Position numbers and translations under genes: made by a program. From Octopus vulgaris (lineage: Eukaryota), in contig OX597816.1 of assembly GCA_951406725.2 (NCBI GenBank), positions 65,844,001 to 65,908,000 of the forward strand: DNA of 64,000 nt, in the 5' to 3' direction. This document shows, piece by piece, positions 37,050-50,401 of the stretch (position 1 is its first letter; each line of letters starts with the position of its first letter). The notes under the pieces were generated by a model. That model was not told the DNA's origin. It did no database searches and saw nothing but the letters and a program-made list of their open reading frames with translations.

Positions 37050-38256
37050 TCATCAGTATCATCATCATCATCATCATCGTTTAATGTCCGCTTTCCATGC
37101 TAGCATGGGTTGGACAATTTTGACTGAGGGCTGGCGAACCAGACGGCCGCACCAGGCTCCAATCTTGACCTGGCAGAGTTTCAACAGCTGGATGCCCTTC
37201 CTAACGCCAACCACTCCGAGAGTGTAGTGGGTGCTTTTTATGTGCCACCGGCACGGGACCAGTCAGGCGGTACTGGCAATGACCTTGCTCAAATCTTTTT
37301 ACACATGCCACTGGCACAGGTGCCTGTAAGGCGACGTTGCTAAGGATCACGCTCGAATGGTGCCCTTTTACGTGCCATTAGCATGGAAGACAGTTGGCTG
37401 CTCTGGCAACGATCACGCTCAGATGGTGCTCTTGGTACCCTACTAGCACTGGGCACAAGTGCCAGTAAGGTGACGCTGGTAACGATCACACTCAAATGGT
37501 GCCCTTTTATGTGCCACTGGCACAGAAGCCGGTTAGCTGCTCTGTCAACAATCACCCTCGTATGGTGCTCTTTGCACCCTGCACGAATGCCAGTCGTTGA
37601 ATTTGATTTTGATTTCACTTGCCTTAACACGTCTTCGAAAGCAGAGTTTAGTGACCAAAGAAGGAAAAGGTATGCATAAGCAGGCTGGTTACGCTCCTGG
37701 CATAGGCCACAGGTTATGGTCTCATTTGGCTTGTCGGGTCTTCTCAAGCACAGCATATTTCCAAAAGTCTCAGTTGCTAGTCATTTCCTTGGTGAGGCCT
37801 AATGTTCGAAGGTCGTGCTTCACCACTTCATCCCAGGTCTTCCTGGTCTACCTCTTCTACAGGTTCTCTCAACCACTAGGGTGTGGCACTTTTTCACACA
37901 GCTATCCTCATCCGTTCTCGCCACATGACCATACCTATTTCTTTACTACCCACAAGGGGCTAAACACAGAGGGGACAAACAAGGACAGACAACAGATTAA
38001 GTCGATTATATCAACCCCAGTGTGTAACTGGTACTTAATTTATCGACCCTAAAAGGATGAAAAGCAAAGTCGACCTCGGCAGAATTTGAACTCAGAACGT
38101 AATGGCAGACGAAATACAGCTATGTATTTCACCCGGCAGGCTGACCTTTCTGCCACATGACCATACCAGCACAGATGTCTCTCTTGCACACCACATCTAA
38201 TGCTTCTTAGGTCCAACTTTTCTCTCAAGGTACTTATACCCTGTTGAGTATGCACA
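37050..38256 (-). mobile_element. RTE-like LINE 3' end (family C): ORF tail, tandem-repeat 3'UTR and (GAT)n tail, interrupted by a SINE
   Basis: Minus strand reads LREKLDLRSIRCGVQERHLCWYGHVA...CVKKCHTL...GRPGKTWDEVVKHDLRTLGL, then GTGCCA-NN-GGCAC-type repeats and (GAT)n. Confidence 0.85.
37936..38151 (-). mobile_element. SINE family B inserted in an RTE-like LINE
   Basis: 16-bp TSD GCCACATGACCATACC at 37920-37935 and 38152-38167. Confidence 0.9.
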
Positions 38257-39262
38257 CATGGATCAAGAAATGTAGCAAGTAATTTTGAGAGACATCTGTT
38301 GCCCTATTTTAATAATTATCCGTTGCTCATATTGATCCTGATATCTGACAATAATTCAAATCACACCACAAGTTCAGTGAAGCAGTTCATTTCCAATTGT
38401 CAAATTAGGTTAATTTCTCAGTCTGTTCAATCCCTGAGTTTAGTAAGATTGAAAATCTCTGGAATGAAGTTTGTCATGATAGCAAAGCACAGCAGCCACC
38501 AAATCTTAATAATCTGTTAACTGGGATCAAGGATTCTTGGAAACTAATTCTGTTCCTCATTGTAAGTATTTGATTGAGTTCATACTCTACAGATATTGCA
38601 AAGTCATTGATAGAAAAGAGTATCACTTTGGATATTGATCTGTGAATATATTTTCTTTAATAAGAAACTGTTGCTCCTGTTAATAGTAATGTCTTGCTTG
38701 TGGTTCAAAATATTTGGCACCTTGAATTCTAGAAGCTGAAAAAAAATTATGGAAGCACATTGTACACTGATTTCAGAAGGAACCATATTTTAGTTGGCTC
38801 CATTCTCAAAGTTCATACGTATAGCAAATATAGTATTTTTACATTCAAGTATGTGTAGATGTAAAAAATTGGATTTATGATTAGTATATTTGAAAACAAA
38901 TTCTGTTCTCTTTCATATTCTTTGTTTGTGTTTTTGTTAGCATTTTTCTGTGTTTTAGGGATATATAATTCTTTGTTTTGATAGTATATCATACATATTT
39001 TAAATCTTGAATTAGGTGCATATCCAGAGTTAATACAATGCTAGATAAATGTTTTAAAGGATCATGCTTATTACATTTTTTTTACCCTACTGATTATTTG
39101 AAGCATGAAAACTCTGCTTTAAACAATCATGTATGATTTACTTCTCAAGATATTTCTGCAGCATATATATTTGTTAATAGTTATGTTTTAAAATAGTTTT
39201 GTTGTTTATGTATCATTTCTTCTAAAAGAAATCCTGTGGTATTTCTTAATCTTGCTGTTCGA

Positions 39263-39295
<33 letters not shown>

Positions 39296-39300
<5 letters not shown>

Positions 39301-39555
39301 TTTCTCTCTATACACACACACACACACATTTGAAAAAATGAATAAAAATGGCTTTCCAGATAATTTTTCCACTTTAATAATTAGATGTTCATAAGTTTAA
39401 ACACCTAATAACTTATGAACATCTAGCTATTAAAGTGGAAAAATTATCAAAAAAGCCACTTCTATTCATTTTTTCAAATATTTAATACTGTATCAAGGAC
39501 TTTCTATTTCTTATTCTACTCTCTCTTTCTCTCTCTCCTTCTCTCTCTCTCTCTC

Positions 39556-39592
<37 letters not shown>

Positions 39593-39730
39593 ATATATAT
39601 ATATATATATAACAAAGTGGAGTTGTAAGGTACCGCACGAGTGGAATTATATATGAAAGAAGGTTTGAAAATGCAATTTTAAAAGATGTTTATTTACTTT
39701 ACCGGTTTCACTTTTTAGAAAAATGTATGC

Positions 39731-39783
<53 letters not shown>

Positions 39784-39878
39784 TGTTTAAACTTATGAAC
39801 ATCTAATTATTAAAGTGGAAAAATTATCAGGAAACCCATTTCTATTCATTTTTTCAAATGTGTGTGTATAGAGTGAAA

Positions 39879-39882
<4 letters not shown>
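39296..39882. repeat. Nested inverted-repeat cluster between (TA)n tracts
   Basis: 39296-39407 is inverted relative to 39780-39882; there is also a local hairpin of 39328-39397 with 39410-39479. Confidence 0.75.
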
Positions 39883-39920
<38 letters not shown>

Positions 39921-41712
39921 TGCACGTGCATGCACGCACACACATGCACGTGCATGCACGCACACACAGACACACTTGTTTTCTCCATAAATAATTCAAA
40001 TTTTATATCTCTCTTGTATGCTCATTACAAACTTCAAATGGTAATTTTTAAACACATACAGATTTTTGCATCAAAATAGCTGGTAAACTGACAAGGTTTC
40101 TCTTAGAGCGAGTTCACCTAAATGGGATCTATTGATTTATGCGTATGTAACACTCTCTTAATCCATATCCAGCTGCTAATATAAAATAAGTATCAGATTC
40201 TGCTATTAATGATACTCATTTTATTGTTATAAAATCAATATTGGTCTGATATTCATTTACTATTTTATTGATTTTTATTTGGATTGCCTGTCGATATGAT
40301 ATCCTTAACATATACATAAATATAATGTTTATCTTTGTATTTTCCTTCATTGTCAATTTTAGTTCTGTTTTTCTTTTCCTTCAAAGATTGCTCATCTTTC
40401 CTTTTTATATTACTTCCTTAATATTATGGTTTGTCTTTTGAATTTTATTTTCTAAGAATATTAATGGAAATATCTGTTCTTTAAAGCAAGAATGATGATT
40501 TAATAAGATTATGTTCTAGTTCTTTAAATTTAGTTCAATATCTGGAACTAGTTAAAACAGAAATATATTTTATAAATTTCCACTTTTCTACAAATGTCAG
40601 AAAAAAGAAAAAATTAAATACAACTGCTTATGACTGAAAAAATACATTTAACTATTTATCTGAATTTAATAAGATGTTAATGGAATTCTATAAATTAATA
40701 AGGTTCTATCTGTGCGCCTTACACTAGTCTTCATTGTAACATTTTAACAGTACATTAGTTAAATGTTTTTATGTATTTAAGGAAGACTATAGTTATTACA
40801 TTTTCTTGTTACTTCGAAATAGCTTTAGTTATTCAGATGGTAGTTGGTTGTTTGTTGACCTAATTTGTTGTAAATTGCTTTAAAAGTTCATTGATGCTCT
40901 GACAGATGATTTTCTAGAACAATGGGAAGCCCTATGGATTTAGCCATTATTAAAATACTGCTGCAGCCATAATAATGTCTTATGATTTTCCGTATAAATA
41001 CTAGCAAGATCTATTTTATTTAAAGTATTTGTACATTAACAGTGACATTTACATGAATAGATAACATTATATTGGGTGTTGCTGTTGGTGAAGAAATTTA
41101 TAAAAGCTACCCATTTTGAACAAACACATGCGCACAAGTGTATGTGTGTGTGTAATTTCAGTTTCTTAGTGTTGCTGTGAATTTGAATACATTTCAGCAT
41201 AATCATAACAATGGAAAATATAAAAATGAGATCTATAACTTTTGTTTACTAAATGCTTTCTTTTAAGTAAACACTTACAATTGTTCCTTAGCAAAAAAGT
41301 TGTTTATCATATTTATGACAATAATGTTCCTTCTCCTTGTTATTTCGCATCACAATGTTTCAGGTAGTTCAATAACCAAAATTGTGAACTAGAAAGATGT
41401 GGAATTTGAAACGTCATCTTAAAGCTGTTTTTTTTTTTTAATATTTATTGTTAACAGCATGAAAACATTTTGATGAATTCACAGAACTTCTTGCATCTCC
41501 TTTCTCGGTGTGGAGAAGAAAAGATTAAAAACAGATTATAAAACTGAAATTGAATCTGTATTTACAAGCCAGATCAAAGATATGAATTTGCAATAAATAG
41601 TTTAAAGAAAAATTGCCATCATTTGAAGATATAATTACTAGTAATCTCTGCAGAAACTAGTTTCCTTTTTACATTTTTGTCTCACCCTCAGCAAGACTAA
41701 AGAGAGTCCCTT

Positions 41713-42088
41713 CATCATTATCATCGTTTAATGTCCCGTTTTCCATGCTAGCATGGGTCGGACGGTTCAACTGGGGTCTGAGAAGCCAGGAGGCTGCACC
41801 AGGCTCCAGTCTGATCTGGCAGTTTTTCTACAGCTGGATGTCCTTCCTAACATCAACCACTCTGTGAGTGTAGTGGGTCCTTTTTATGTGCCACCGGCAC
41901 AGGTGCCAGGGGAGGCTAGCAGTGGCCACGATCGGTTGGTGTTTTTTATGTGCCACTGGCACAGAAGCCAGTCAAGGTGGTGCTGGTATCGACCACATAC
42001 GGATGTTGCTTTTTACGTGCCACCGGCACAGGTGCCAGGGGAGGCTGGCAACGGCCACGATCAGTTGGTGGTTTTTACGTGCCACCAA
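41713..42088 (-). mobile_element. Family C copy
   Basis: catcatcgtttaatgtcc...cagctggatgtccttcctaa...tandem GTGCCACCGGCAC units. Confidence 0.8.
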
Positions 42089-43025
42089 CCTTTCCTGCAT
42101 TATCTCCTTTCATTTATTCTTTGCTTTTCCACCTGAGTGGCAAGAGATTTAGAGAGGTTGATAGAAGAGTGATTAATGGAAGAGAGAGAAAGAGAGAGAG
42201 AGAGAGAGAATTACAAGGTGGTTGTCGAATAGAAAGCAATATAACAACCAGAGAAAGCAACTGATAAAAAAACAGAATAGGTGGAGAGAGCCAGATTGAA
42301 TGAAGTGAAAGAGTGATAAAAGAAAGAGGAAGAGAGAGAGAGAGAAACAGACAAACAGCTACATGCTGATAAAATGCACCTAATACTCTCTATAATATCA
42401 TTAGTGGTAGGAATAGCATCAGCTGCAAATAAAGCCCATGCCAAAAATGGAACATACAACAAAGATGTGGTTCTCAAGTTATCTAGAAGGGACTAGCAAG
42501 ATAATAACTCTGAATAAGAACTGATTTGAACTGAGATAACTCATCCAACCTGTTTCAGCATAGTGAAGCAATCATTAGATCATGATAATGATGATTTAAT
42601 TATAAAGATCAATTCTTTATCTGCTATATTCTTATAATTTAAGCAAATCAAAATGCTAGTTTATTGCTCTATTTAAAATTGTGCTCATAATTTCTTTTAC
42701 AATCTAGTGAATGTCTGATAATATCATTTTGTTCTAACCGTTTTCAAAACACATTTTTAGCATTTCTGCAAATATAATGTTAAAAGGGTCATTTTGATGA
42801 CTTCAATGGAGAATAATAAACTTTTGTACTTATAAGGTACATGGTCCATCAACTTCATCAATTTGATTCCTAATATTTAGGGCAATGTCTAACAAAAGAA
42901 AAAAGTGGCAGAAATAGTGAAAGATTCAATTTGCTTTTCATCTGTCCTGGATCAATAAAATAAGCAGCAGTCACCTTGGGCAAGTTATAGCCCTGGGCCA
43001 ACATGAACCTATATATATATATATG

Positions 43026-43360
43026 CTGAGACCCCATTCGGTCATGACTGACCATGGGATTGCACCTAGAAAGTTACCCTCCCAGGCACAAGTCTGGGCA
43101 AGTTTGTTTTTATGGAAGACCAGCAGTCACCCATGCATACCGGCCTCCCCTCTCCATGCCACCAGTGTTATCCAAGTGCAAGGCAAAGGCCGATGCAGCT
43201 TGGCACCTGTGACATCGCAACTCATTTCTACAGCTAAGTGAACTGGAGCAACATGAAATAAAGTGTCTTGCTCAAGAACACAACACACAGCCCGGTCCGG
43301 GATTCGAACTGACAACCTCGCGATTGTAAGTTCGATGCTCTAACCACTGAGCCATGCACC

Positions 43361-43365
<5 letters not shown>
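43026..43365 (-). mobile_element. SINE family E
   Basis: Reverse complement of 33587-33925. Confidence 0.85.
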
Positions 43366-43398
<33 letters not shown>

Positions 43399-44430
43399 GC
43401 TGTGTGTGTGTCACTGTTTACTTGCCTTGGCATCACATGACAGTTGTAAGTGAATGTCTGTCAGACATAGAGACAGTGTCCTTCATTTCTAGTCTCCTAT
43501 GAAAACATGTCTGGTTTTTTGAATGATCCTAGGTAGGTGATTTCCTTTTGGGGTGTCTTATTTCTTACATTTTTTTTTGTGTGTCTGATTTTCCTGTCTG
43601 TTTTTGTTTTCTGTAATGAATTTTGTTTAAAACTCACAATGTTTTTTCTAATTTGTCCCAGTGTTATGTTCCCTTCACCCATCCTGTTACAACATTGATA
43701 AAATAAATACCAAGCAATGTAAACACACAAGAGGAAGATTCAGTTCACAATACTTAAATGTAGAGCTAGATCAAAGAAGAGCTAGAGTGAGGAAATTGGG
43801 CCAAGAAAAACCTGACAACATTGAATTTAATAGAATTTAACTAAGTCATTTGGAAGGTTACTGCATTATAAACCTAGTCAATCATGCTAATTATGGAAAA
43901 ACTAGTATCAATGAAGTGATTACATAGGCCAAAACAATTTATCTTTCACACACCTGACTCCAAAATGTCTTTTATTGAATGTCATTCTACTAATTTATGA
44001 AGTCTGCTGTACAACACTTTGTATTTTTCATGTTAATATTTTTGGCTTGTGCATAGATGAGTAACTAATGTAGACAGAGTTTCCTACTTGATATTTACTT
44101 TGGGTAAATAACTTTTTCTATTTTGCTCACAGAAATATCCATTATTTCTTAGATTATAGAATAGTTTATTTGTTTCATTTCAGTGCATATTAATACTTAA
44201 ATTATAATATAATATTCCCTTTCATTATAGCAAATAGAACATGACATTTGATGAAATCAGATTAAAATAGTGCTTAAACTTCATTAATTTATATATTTAC
44301 AAATGTAAATAACTTCTAAATTCCAATAAAATATTTTAAGAATCCATATTTAGTTCTACTTTCAAGGCATGAAGCAGCCAAGAGATATAACTCTGCTTTA
44401 GTAGGATACCAATTTATTGCAGGTAACATT

Positions 44431-44875
44431 CAGCCTCACAGAGGCAAGGTGGCTGAGTATCTTTCGAAGGTTGGGCCTCATGGAGGCAAAGTTACTGAGT
44501 TTCTCTCGAGCAGGCCTCATGGAGACAAGATGGCTGAGTTTCTTTCAAGTGTTAGTTCACATGGAGGTAAAGTGGCTGAGCTCCTTTTGAGTGTTGAGCC
44601 TCACAGAGGCAATAACCAAAACCTTTGGCATTATGTTGTGCTTGAGAAGAAGACCTATCAAGCCAAGCAAAATCGCAGTTGTGGCAGATACCAGTGTCAT
44701 GCAAATGGCACCTGTGCCAGTGACATGTAAAAGCACCCATTACACTTTCAGAGTAGTTGGCATTAGGAAGGGCATCCAGCCATAGAAAACCATGCCAAAT
44801 CAGACTGGATCCTGGTGCAGCCTTCCAGCATACCAGGCCAGTCAAACCGTCCAACTCCTGCTACCATGGACGTTA

Positions 44876-44908
<33 letters not shown>

Positions 44909-44925
44909 AATGTTGATGATGATGA
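44431..44925 (+). mobile_element. Family C variant preceded by about 4.5 copies of a 42-bp unit
   Basis: Unit about GGGCCTCATGGAGGCAAAGTGGCTGAGTTTCTTTCGAGTGTT at 44431-44612, then family C terminus and (GAT)n. Confidence 0.75.
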
Positions 44926-45227
44926 TTCCTACATGATCTAATGCCTATTTCTGAAAGTTTGATGAAGTGGAACAATGTAGAATAAATTCTCTTTCCCAGA
45001 GAAATACAACCATGCACCTGCTGCAAAGTTAAAATTCATGATCTATGAGAAATTAGTCATATCATGATTGTGCCATTATTCTGACTTATATGTATGTGAT
45101 GATAATTAATCCTTTCATTGTTTCAGGGTCATATGTTGGTCATGGTTGCCATGCAGAATCTCCCTTGTGAGGATTAATATTCTTGAGATTGATTTAACTA
45201 CTTTCCAAATTTCCCTCAGACGTTTTC

Positions 45228-45465
45228 ACTTGAGCATGGCCGTTGCCAGTACTGCCTGACTGGCCCCTGTGCCGGTGACACATAAAAGCACCTACTACAC
45301 TCACAGAGTGGTTGGTGTTAGGAAGGGCATCCAGCTGTAGAAACTCTGCCAGATCAGTTGGAGTCTGGTGCAGCCATCTGGTTCGCCAGACCTCAGTCAA
45401 ATTGTCCAACCCATGCTAGCATGGAAAGCGGACATTAAACGATGATGATGATGATAATGATGATG
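45228..45465 (+). mobile_element. Family C copy
   Basis: Conserved terminus plus (GAT)n. Confidence 0.8.
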
Positions 45466-45859
45466 CACTTTTCACCACTATTTCATTGCATATTTTTATG
45501 CAGTATATTTTATTCAATCAAAGATCATGTTTATACATGATGAGAATATCATTTAAACAATGTCTTTTTTTATAATAAGAGAGGTTGATTTCTATAGAGA
45601 TTGGAAAACATTCAAACCTCTTAGCTTATCTCGAAAAGAACTTTTCACAACAATGGTTCGTTGCTGATATTGTTTTACTGTTATAGTCAACTCTGATTTA
45701 ACAAACTTATGGTAGGAAATTACTTGGTTGAGTGTTTAGTGAACAATAGATTAAACATTTCACACTTGGTCTAATTTGTGACCAATTATCACAGTTTATT
45801 GATGTTTAGTTTACTAATACTAAATTATGGTTATGAAAATTTTTGTTTTACAATTCCCA

Positions 45860-46006
45860 AGGAGTGGCTGTGTGGTAAGTAGCTTGCTTACCAACCCTAT
45901 GGTTCCAGGTTCAATCCCACTATGTGGCACCTTGGGCAAGTGTCTTCTACTATAGTCTCGGGTTGATCAAAGTGGATTTGGTACACGGAAACTGAAAGAA
46001 GCCCGT

Positions 46007-46055
<49 letters not shown>

Positions 46056-46274
46056 ATATGTGTGTGTACATGTTCGTGTGTCTGTGTTTGTCCCCCCAAC
46101 ATCGCTTGACAACCAATGCTGGTGTGTTTACATCCCGTAACTTAGCGGTTTGGCAAAAGAGTCCGATAGAATAAGTACTAGGCTTATGAAGAATAAGTCC
46201 TGCGGTCGATTTGCTCAACTAAAGGCGCTGCTTCAGCATGGCCACAGTCAAATGACTGGAACAAGTAAAAGAGT
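45860..46274 (+). mobile_element. SINE family A
   Basis: Full-length copy. Confidence 0.85.
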
Positions 46275-47096
46275 ATATAAAATATTTAAGTCATTGTTAA
46301 CATTAAACCTAAACTGGTAAAAAGCATTTCTTGTGTTTAATGTCCTTCTTTCGGTGAATTTTGGAAAATTTAAAGCATTCAGATGTTTTTGATCTCTTCA
46401 TTAATTTTCAAGAATAATTTAACTATTAAGAGAGATATAATATTGTAGCTTTTGGATATTATTATAAACACATCTGATCTTTTTGCATAAACACCATGCA
46501 TACTATCTGATAAAGTTTGAATTATAATTGTTTCCTTCTAAGAGACCTCCTAGGAATACAGCTGGATTTGCTATTAAAATAGCAAAATTCTAGAGAAGAT
46601 TTGGAACTACTGATACCTTGAATTTTATATTTTATCTTTAGAAAATATCCTCACTTATATAAAAAGAATGTTTAAACTGCTTTCTTGATGATACAATGAC
46701 CTTGGAATTTAGCACACTAATTAGATAAAAATTAATCTTTTCAAAGCTTTTACCAAAAGCCTGTACTCAGTGTTATTTGGAATGATAAAGACATATTAAA
46801 GAAATTTAAAATTGAATTGGTGAATGAAAAATTTACAAAATATTGATGAAATTACATATTTATTACCTATGACTCTTACTTTTTATTCTTGGGCCACGCA
46901 TTTTGATGACCATATTTCACTGTCACGTGATTTTTAGTTCAAGTCCACTGTGCAGCACCTCTAACAGTTGTCATCTACCATAACCTTGAGACCCAAACCT
47001 TGTGAATGAGATTTTTGTAAACAGAAACTGTACAAGAAGCTCATCAGATGAACTGTATTTGTTCTTGGATGGTAAACTTGATCTATTGATTTTTAA

Positions 47097-47288
47097 CCCT
47101 TTCATTACCAACCCGGCTGAAACCGGCTCTGGCTCTGAGTACAAATGTCTTGTTTTCATAAGTTTTGAATTAAAATCTTCCTAACACTAGCTTAATGATA
47201 ACCAAGTTATTTTACTAAATTCTTTGTTATATTTAAAATAATTGAAAGAAACACAGAGCATCTAAACAGAAATACAGTAACAAAAGGG
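47097..47288. mobile_element. piggyBac-type MITE
   Basis: TTAA on both sides (47093-47096, 47289-47292); termini CCCTTTCATTAC and GTAACAAAAGGG. Confidence 0.75.
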
Positions 47289-48297
47289 TTAACACCATTT
47301 GGCACTCAGATGTCCATGCTGTTGTAAGCATTCAAACCAGTTCTAAGGAAACTTGATATCTTAATGTATGATATTCCACAGTAGCAACACAGTCATAGTC
47401 ACTCTCTCTTCTTATCTTGGATGCCCTGTGAAAAGTCTTGAGAGTTGCATGTCTTTTCTTCAGATTAAGCCATAAACATTGCTCTTTTGTAGAAATATAT
47501 TTCTTTATATCTTTTATCATTATTCATTAAATCATAGTCTTTGATATCTTTCATTTCTTCTTTTACTTAGAATTTTAAGGTTTATTTCTTGCCTTCTTCT
47601 TGTAATAAAAATATGCTAAATTAAATGCTATTACATTATTGCTAAGTCTTTACAGAAATGAACCAGACTGAATTGAGAGGCTTTCATTTTGGCAGTACTG
47701 AAAGAAGAATATTGCAATAAAATTATTAATAGAGGAAATTATTACAAAATTCTCTCAGATCATAAGCATTTAGTGTTAGAATATAAACAACACAATTGAT
47801 AAAATAGTACTTTTTGGTAAAGATCCAGAAATTGGATAACATGTTTGTTCAGTTATCATTATCACAGAACTTTCAAACATTTGGAAAATATCCAAACTTA
47901 AAAGAGCAGAAAATAATTGGAATAAATATACATCTGCTGAATAGTATATTGATAACATATTGAATAGCCTTAAGCAAAGATTTTTTTAGTTGAACCAAGT
48001 GCACTTACACTCTATCATCATCATCGTCATCATCATTATCATCAATAAAGCATTTTATTTTATAAAATCACTTTAATCCAGTCATTTATTGTAGTATCAA
48101 ATAGACTATTGGATCATATTGCACAATATCTGTTAAATTTATTATGTACTTTTCCTTATCTATCATAGAGGTCATAATGATTGTAAATTCTCTTATATCA
48201 AAATACTTAAAGGAAGATTGTTTGCACAGCACTTCTCTGGAACAATCTAAAACAAAATATAATGGTAACAGATGAGATAGTTAATTATCACCATACA

Positions 48298-48601
48298 GTG
48301 GAGGCACATGGCCTAGTGATTAGAGCAGCGGACTCGCGGTCGAGGGATCGCGGTTTCGAATCTCAGACTGGGTGATGTGTCTTTATGAGTGAAACACCTT
48401 AGCTTCACGCGGCTCCAGCAGAAGGTAATGGCGAACTTCTGCTGACTCTTTCGCCACAGCTTTCTCTCACTCCTTCCTCCTGCATCTTGCAGCTCACCTG
48501 CAACGGACCAGCATCCAGTCCAGGTGGGGAATCTATACGCCAAGAAACCGGGAAACCGGCCCTTATGAGCCAGGCATGGCTCGAGAAGGAACAAACAACA
48601 A
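48298..48601 (+). mobile_element. SINE family D
   Basis: tRNA-like head; ATACAGT flanking repeat. Confidence 0.85.
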
Positions 48602-50104
48602 ATACAGTTGGTGTTAACTTTATTTTAATATCCAAAAGTGAAGACTATAGGCTACAGCTTCTTGAATTAGAAGAGTAAGGATTATGGATGAGACTAGAAG
48701 GGTTAAAGGCTTTGTATTATAGGAATAAGATTCCAAGGAGTTCTAACTGTAACTTTACATCATATATTATAACCTGAGTCTTCAATTTCAAACCAAGACA
48801 TTTACTATTTAGTGAATGAGTTTGATAAGTTCAGTTACTGTGAGAAGTAATGAATCTAATATTTAGAACTTTGTTTTCATTTGAGAGTGCATTAAGGAGA
48901 GGAAGTAGTGCTGCTATTTAAATTTTTTTTTTTTTTTTCCTGTCAGGTGGGAAGATCATACCCATAATCTGGTGGGAGAGCAAGAGAAAGGTATTCTCAA
49001 ACTAGAGACTTGGCATGACTGCTTGCAACTGAGTAGACTCTGCTAAAGGCACCCAGAGCACCAAGTGATGGTGTTAAACTGCTGGGTGATAAATTAAGTC
49101 TACCATCTAAGTAGGCCATAGTGATATTTGAACTCAGAATGCCAAGAACCATAACAATTTCCACAATGCATACAGTCTGATAGTCTTACAGCTCTGTCAA
49201 TCCACTGTGCTGGACTGATATTTTTCTATTAGCCCTCTAGTAATGATTTCAAATTTTGGTACCAGACTGGCAATTTTGGGGGCAGGAGGCCAGTCAACTA
49301 CATCAACCTCATTACTCACCAGGTACCTTTTTATCAACCCCAAAAGATGAAAGGTGAAATCAACCTCAACAACATTTCAACTCAGGATGTGAAGACAGAT
49401 AAAATGCCACTAAGCATTTTGCTCAGTGTAGTAATGATTCTGCCAGCTTGCCACTTATTTGACCCTGTAATAATGAAAAGCAAGGTTGGCTTTGATGGAA
49501 CTTGAACTCAAAGTGCAGCAAGCTTGAACAAATACTACATAGTATTCCATCTAATGTTCGTGCCAATTTGCTCGGGTCGTGGATGAGTGAAGAAATAAAA
49601 GAAAAACAAGATCATCACTAGTTTCCATAGATTCTGGATTTCATCTGACTATTAAATTAATATTTTTTATTAAAAAAATATTGATAAAATAGATCAATGA
49701 TAGAATATTGGACAGTGAGAGTTATAGCTAAAAATCTGAGTTGTAAAAGCCCATTTTGGTATCTATTGGAAATTATCATATTTTGATGAAATATAATTTA
49801 GTAATGTTAAAAGTTACATCTAATTACTACTGATTAAATGGGATCCATCTAAGAAAAGTATTTTTTTTGCCACTTATGTCATAGTGATTAATTTACTACT
49901 GCCAGTCTTTTGTTAGGGTGGGTATTCTGCCATGTCAGAATATTTTAAGATTTCTAAGATTTCTAAACAATTCTTATTTCAACCATAATGAATGTAGTAA
50001 CTTGTCATTTTGTTCTGTATTATGAAGCAAGTTATATAACTAATTGTTTTTCTTATCTTAAAAATAAAGTAATGCCTGAAATAGAAATTTTTTTTTATAG
50101 AATG

Positions 50105-50401
50105 GTGCCACTGCCTGGTCATTGCCAGTGCCACCTGACTGGCTCCCGTGCCAGTGGAATGTAAAAAACACCATTCAAGAGTGATTGATACCAGTACCGC
50201 CTGACTGGCCCTCATGTCAGTGGCATGTAAAAAGTACCCACTACACTCTCGGAGTGGTTAGTATTAGGCAGGGCATCCAGCTGTAGAAACTTTGCCAGAT
50301 AAGTTTGGAGCCTGGTGCAGCCTTCTGGCTTAACAGTTCCAGTCAAACTGTCTAACCCATGCCAGCATGGAAAGCAGACGTTAAATGATGATGATGATGA
50401 T
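50105..50401 (+). mobile_element. Family C copy
   Basis: Conserved terminus plus (GAT)n. Confidence 0.8.

Noticed and set aside
37225-37600. CRISPR-like array of palindromic repeats
   Set aside because: The spacers are homologous to each other, the repeats are degenerate, the context is a eukaryotic LINE 3'UTR, and there are no cas genes.
44449-44730. Repeat-protein ORF (PHGGKVAEFLSSV)n
   Set aside because: Product of a 42-bp LINE-derived minisatellite; no supported splice or start context.
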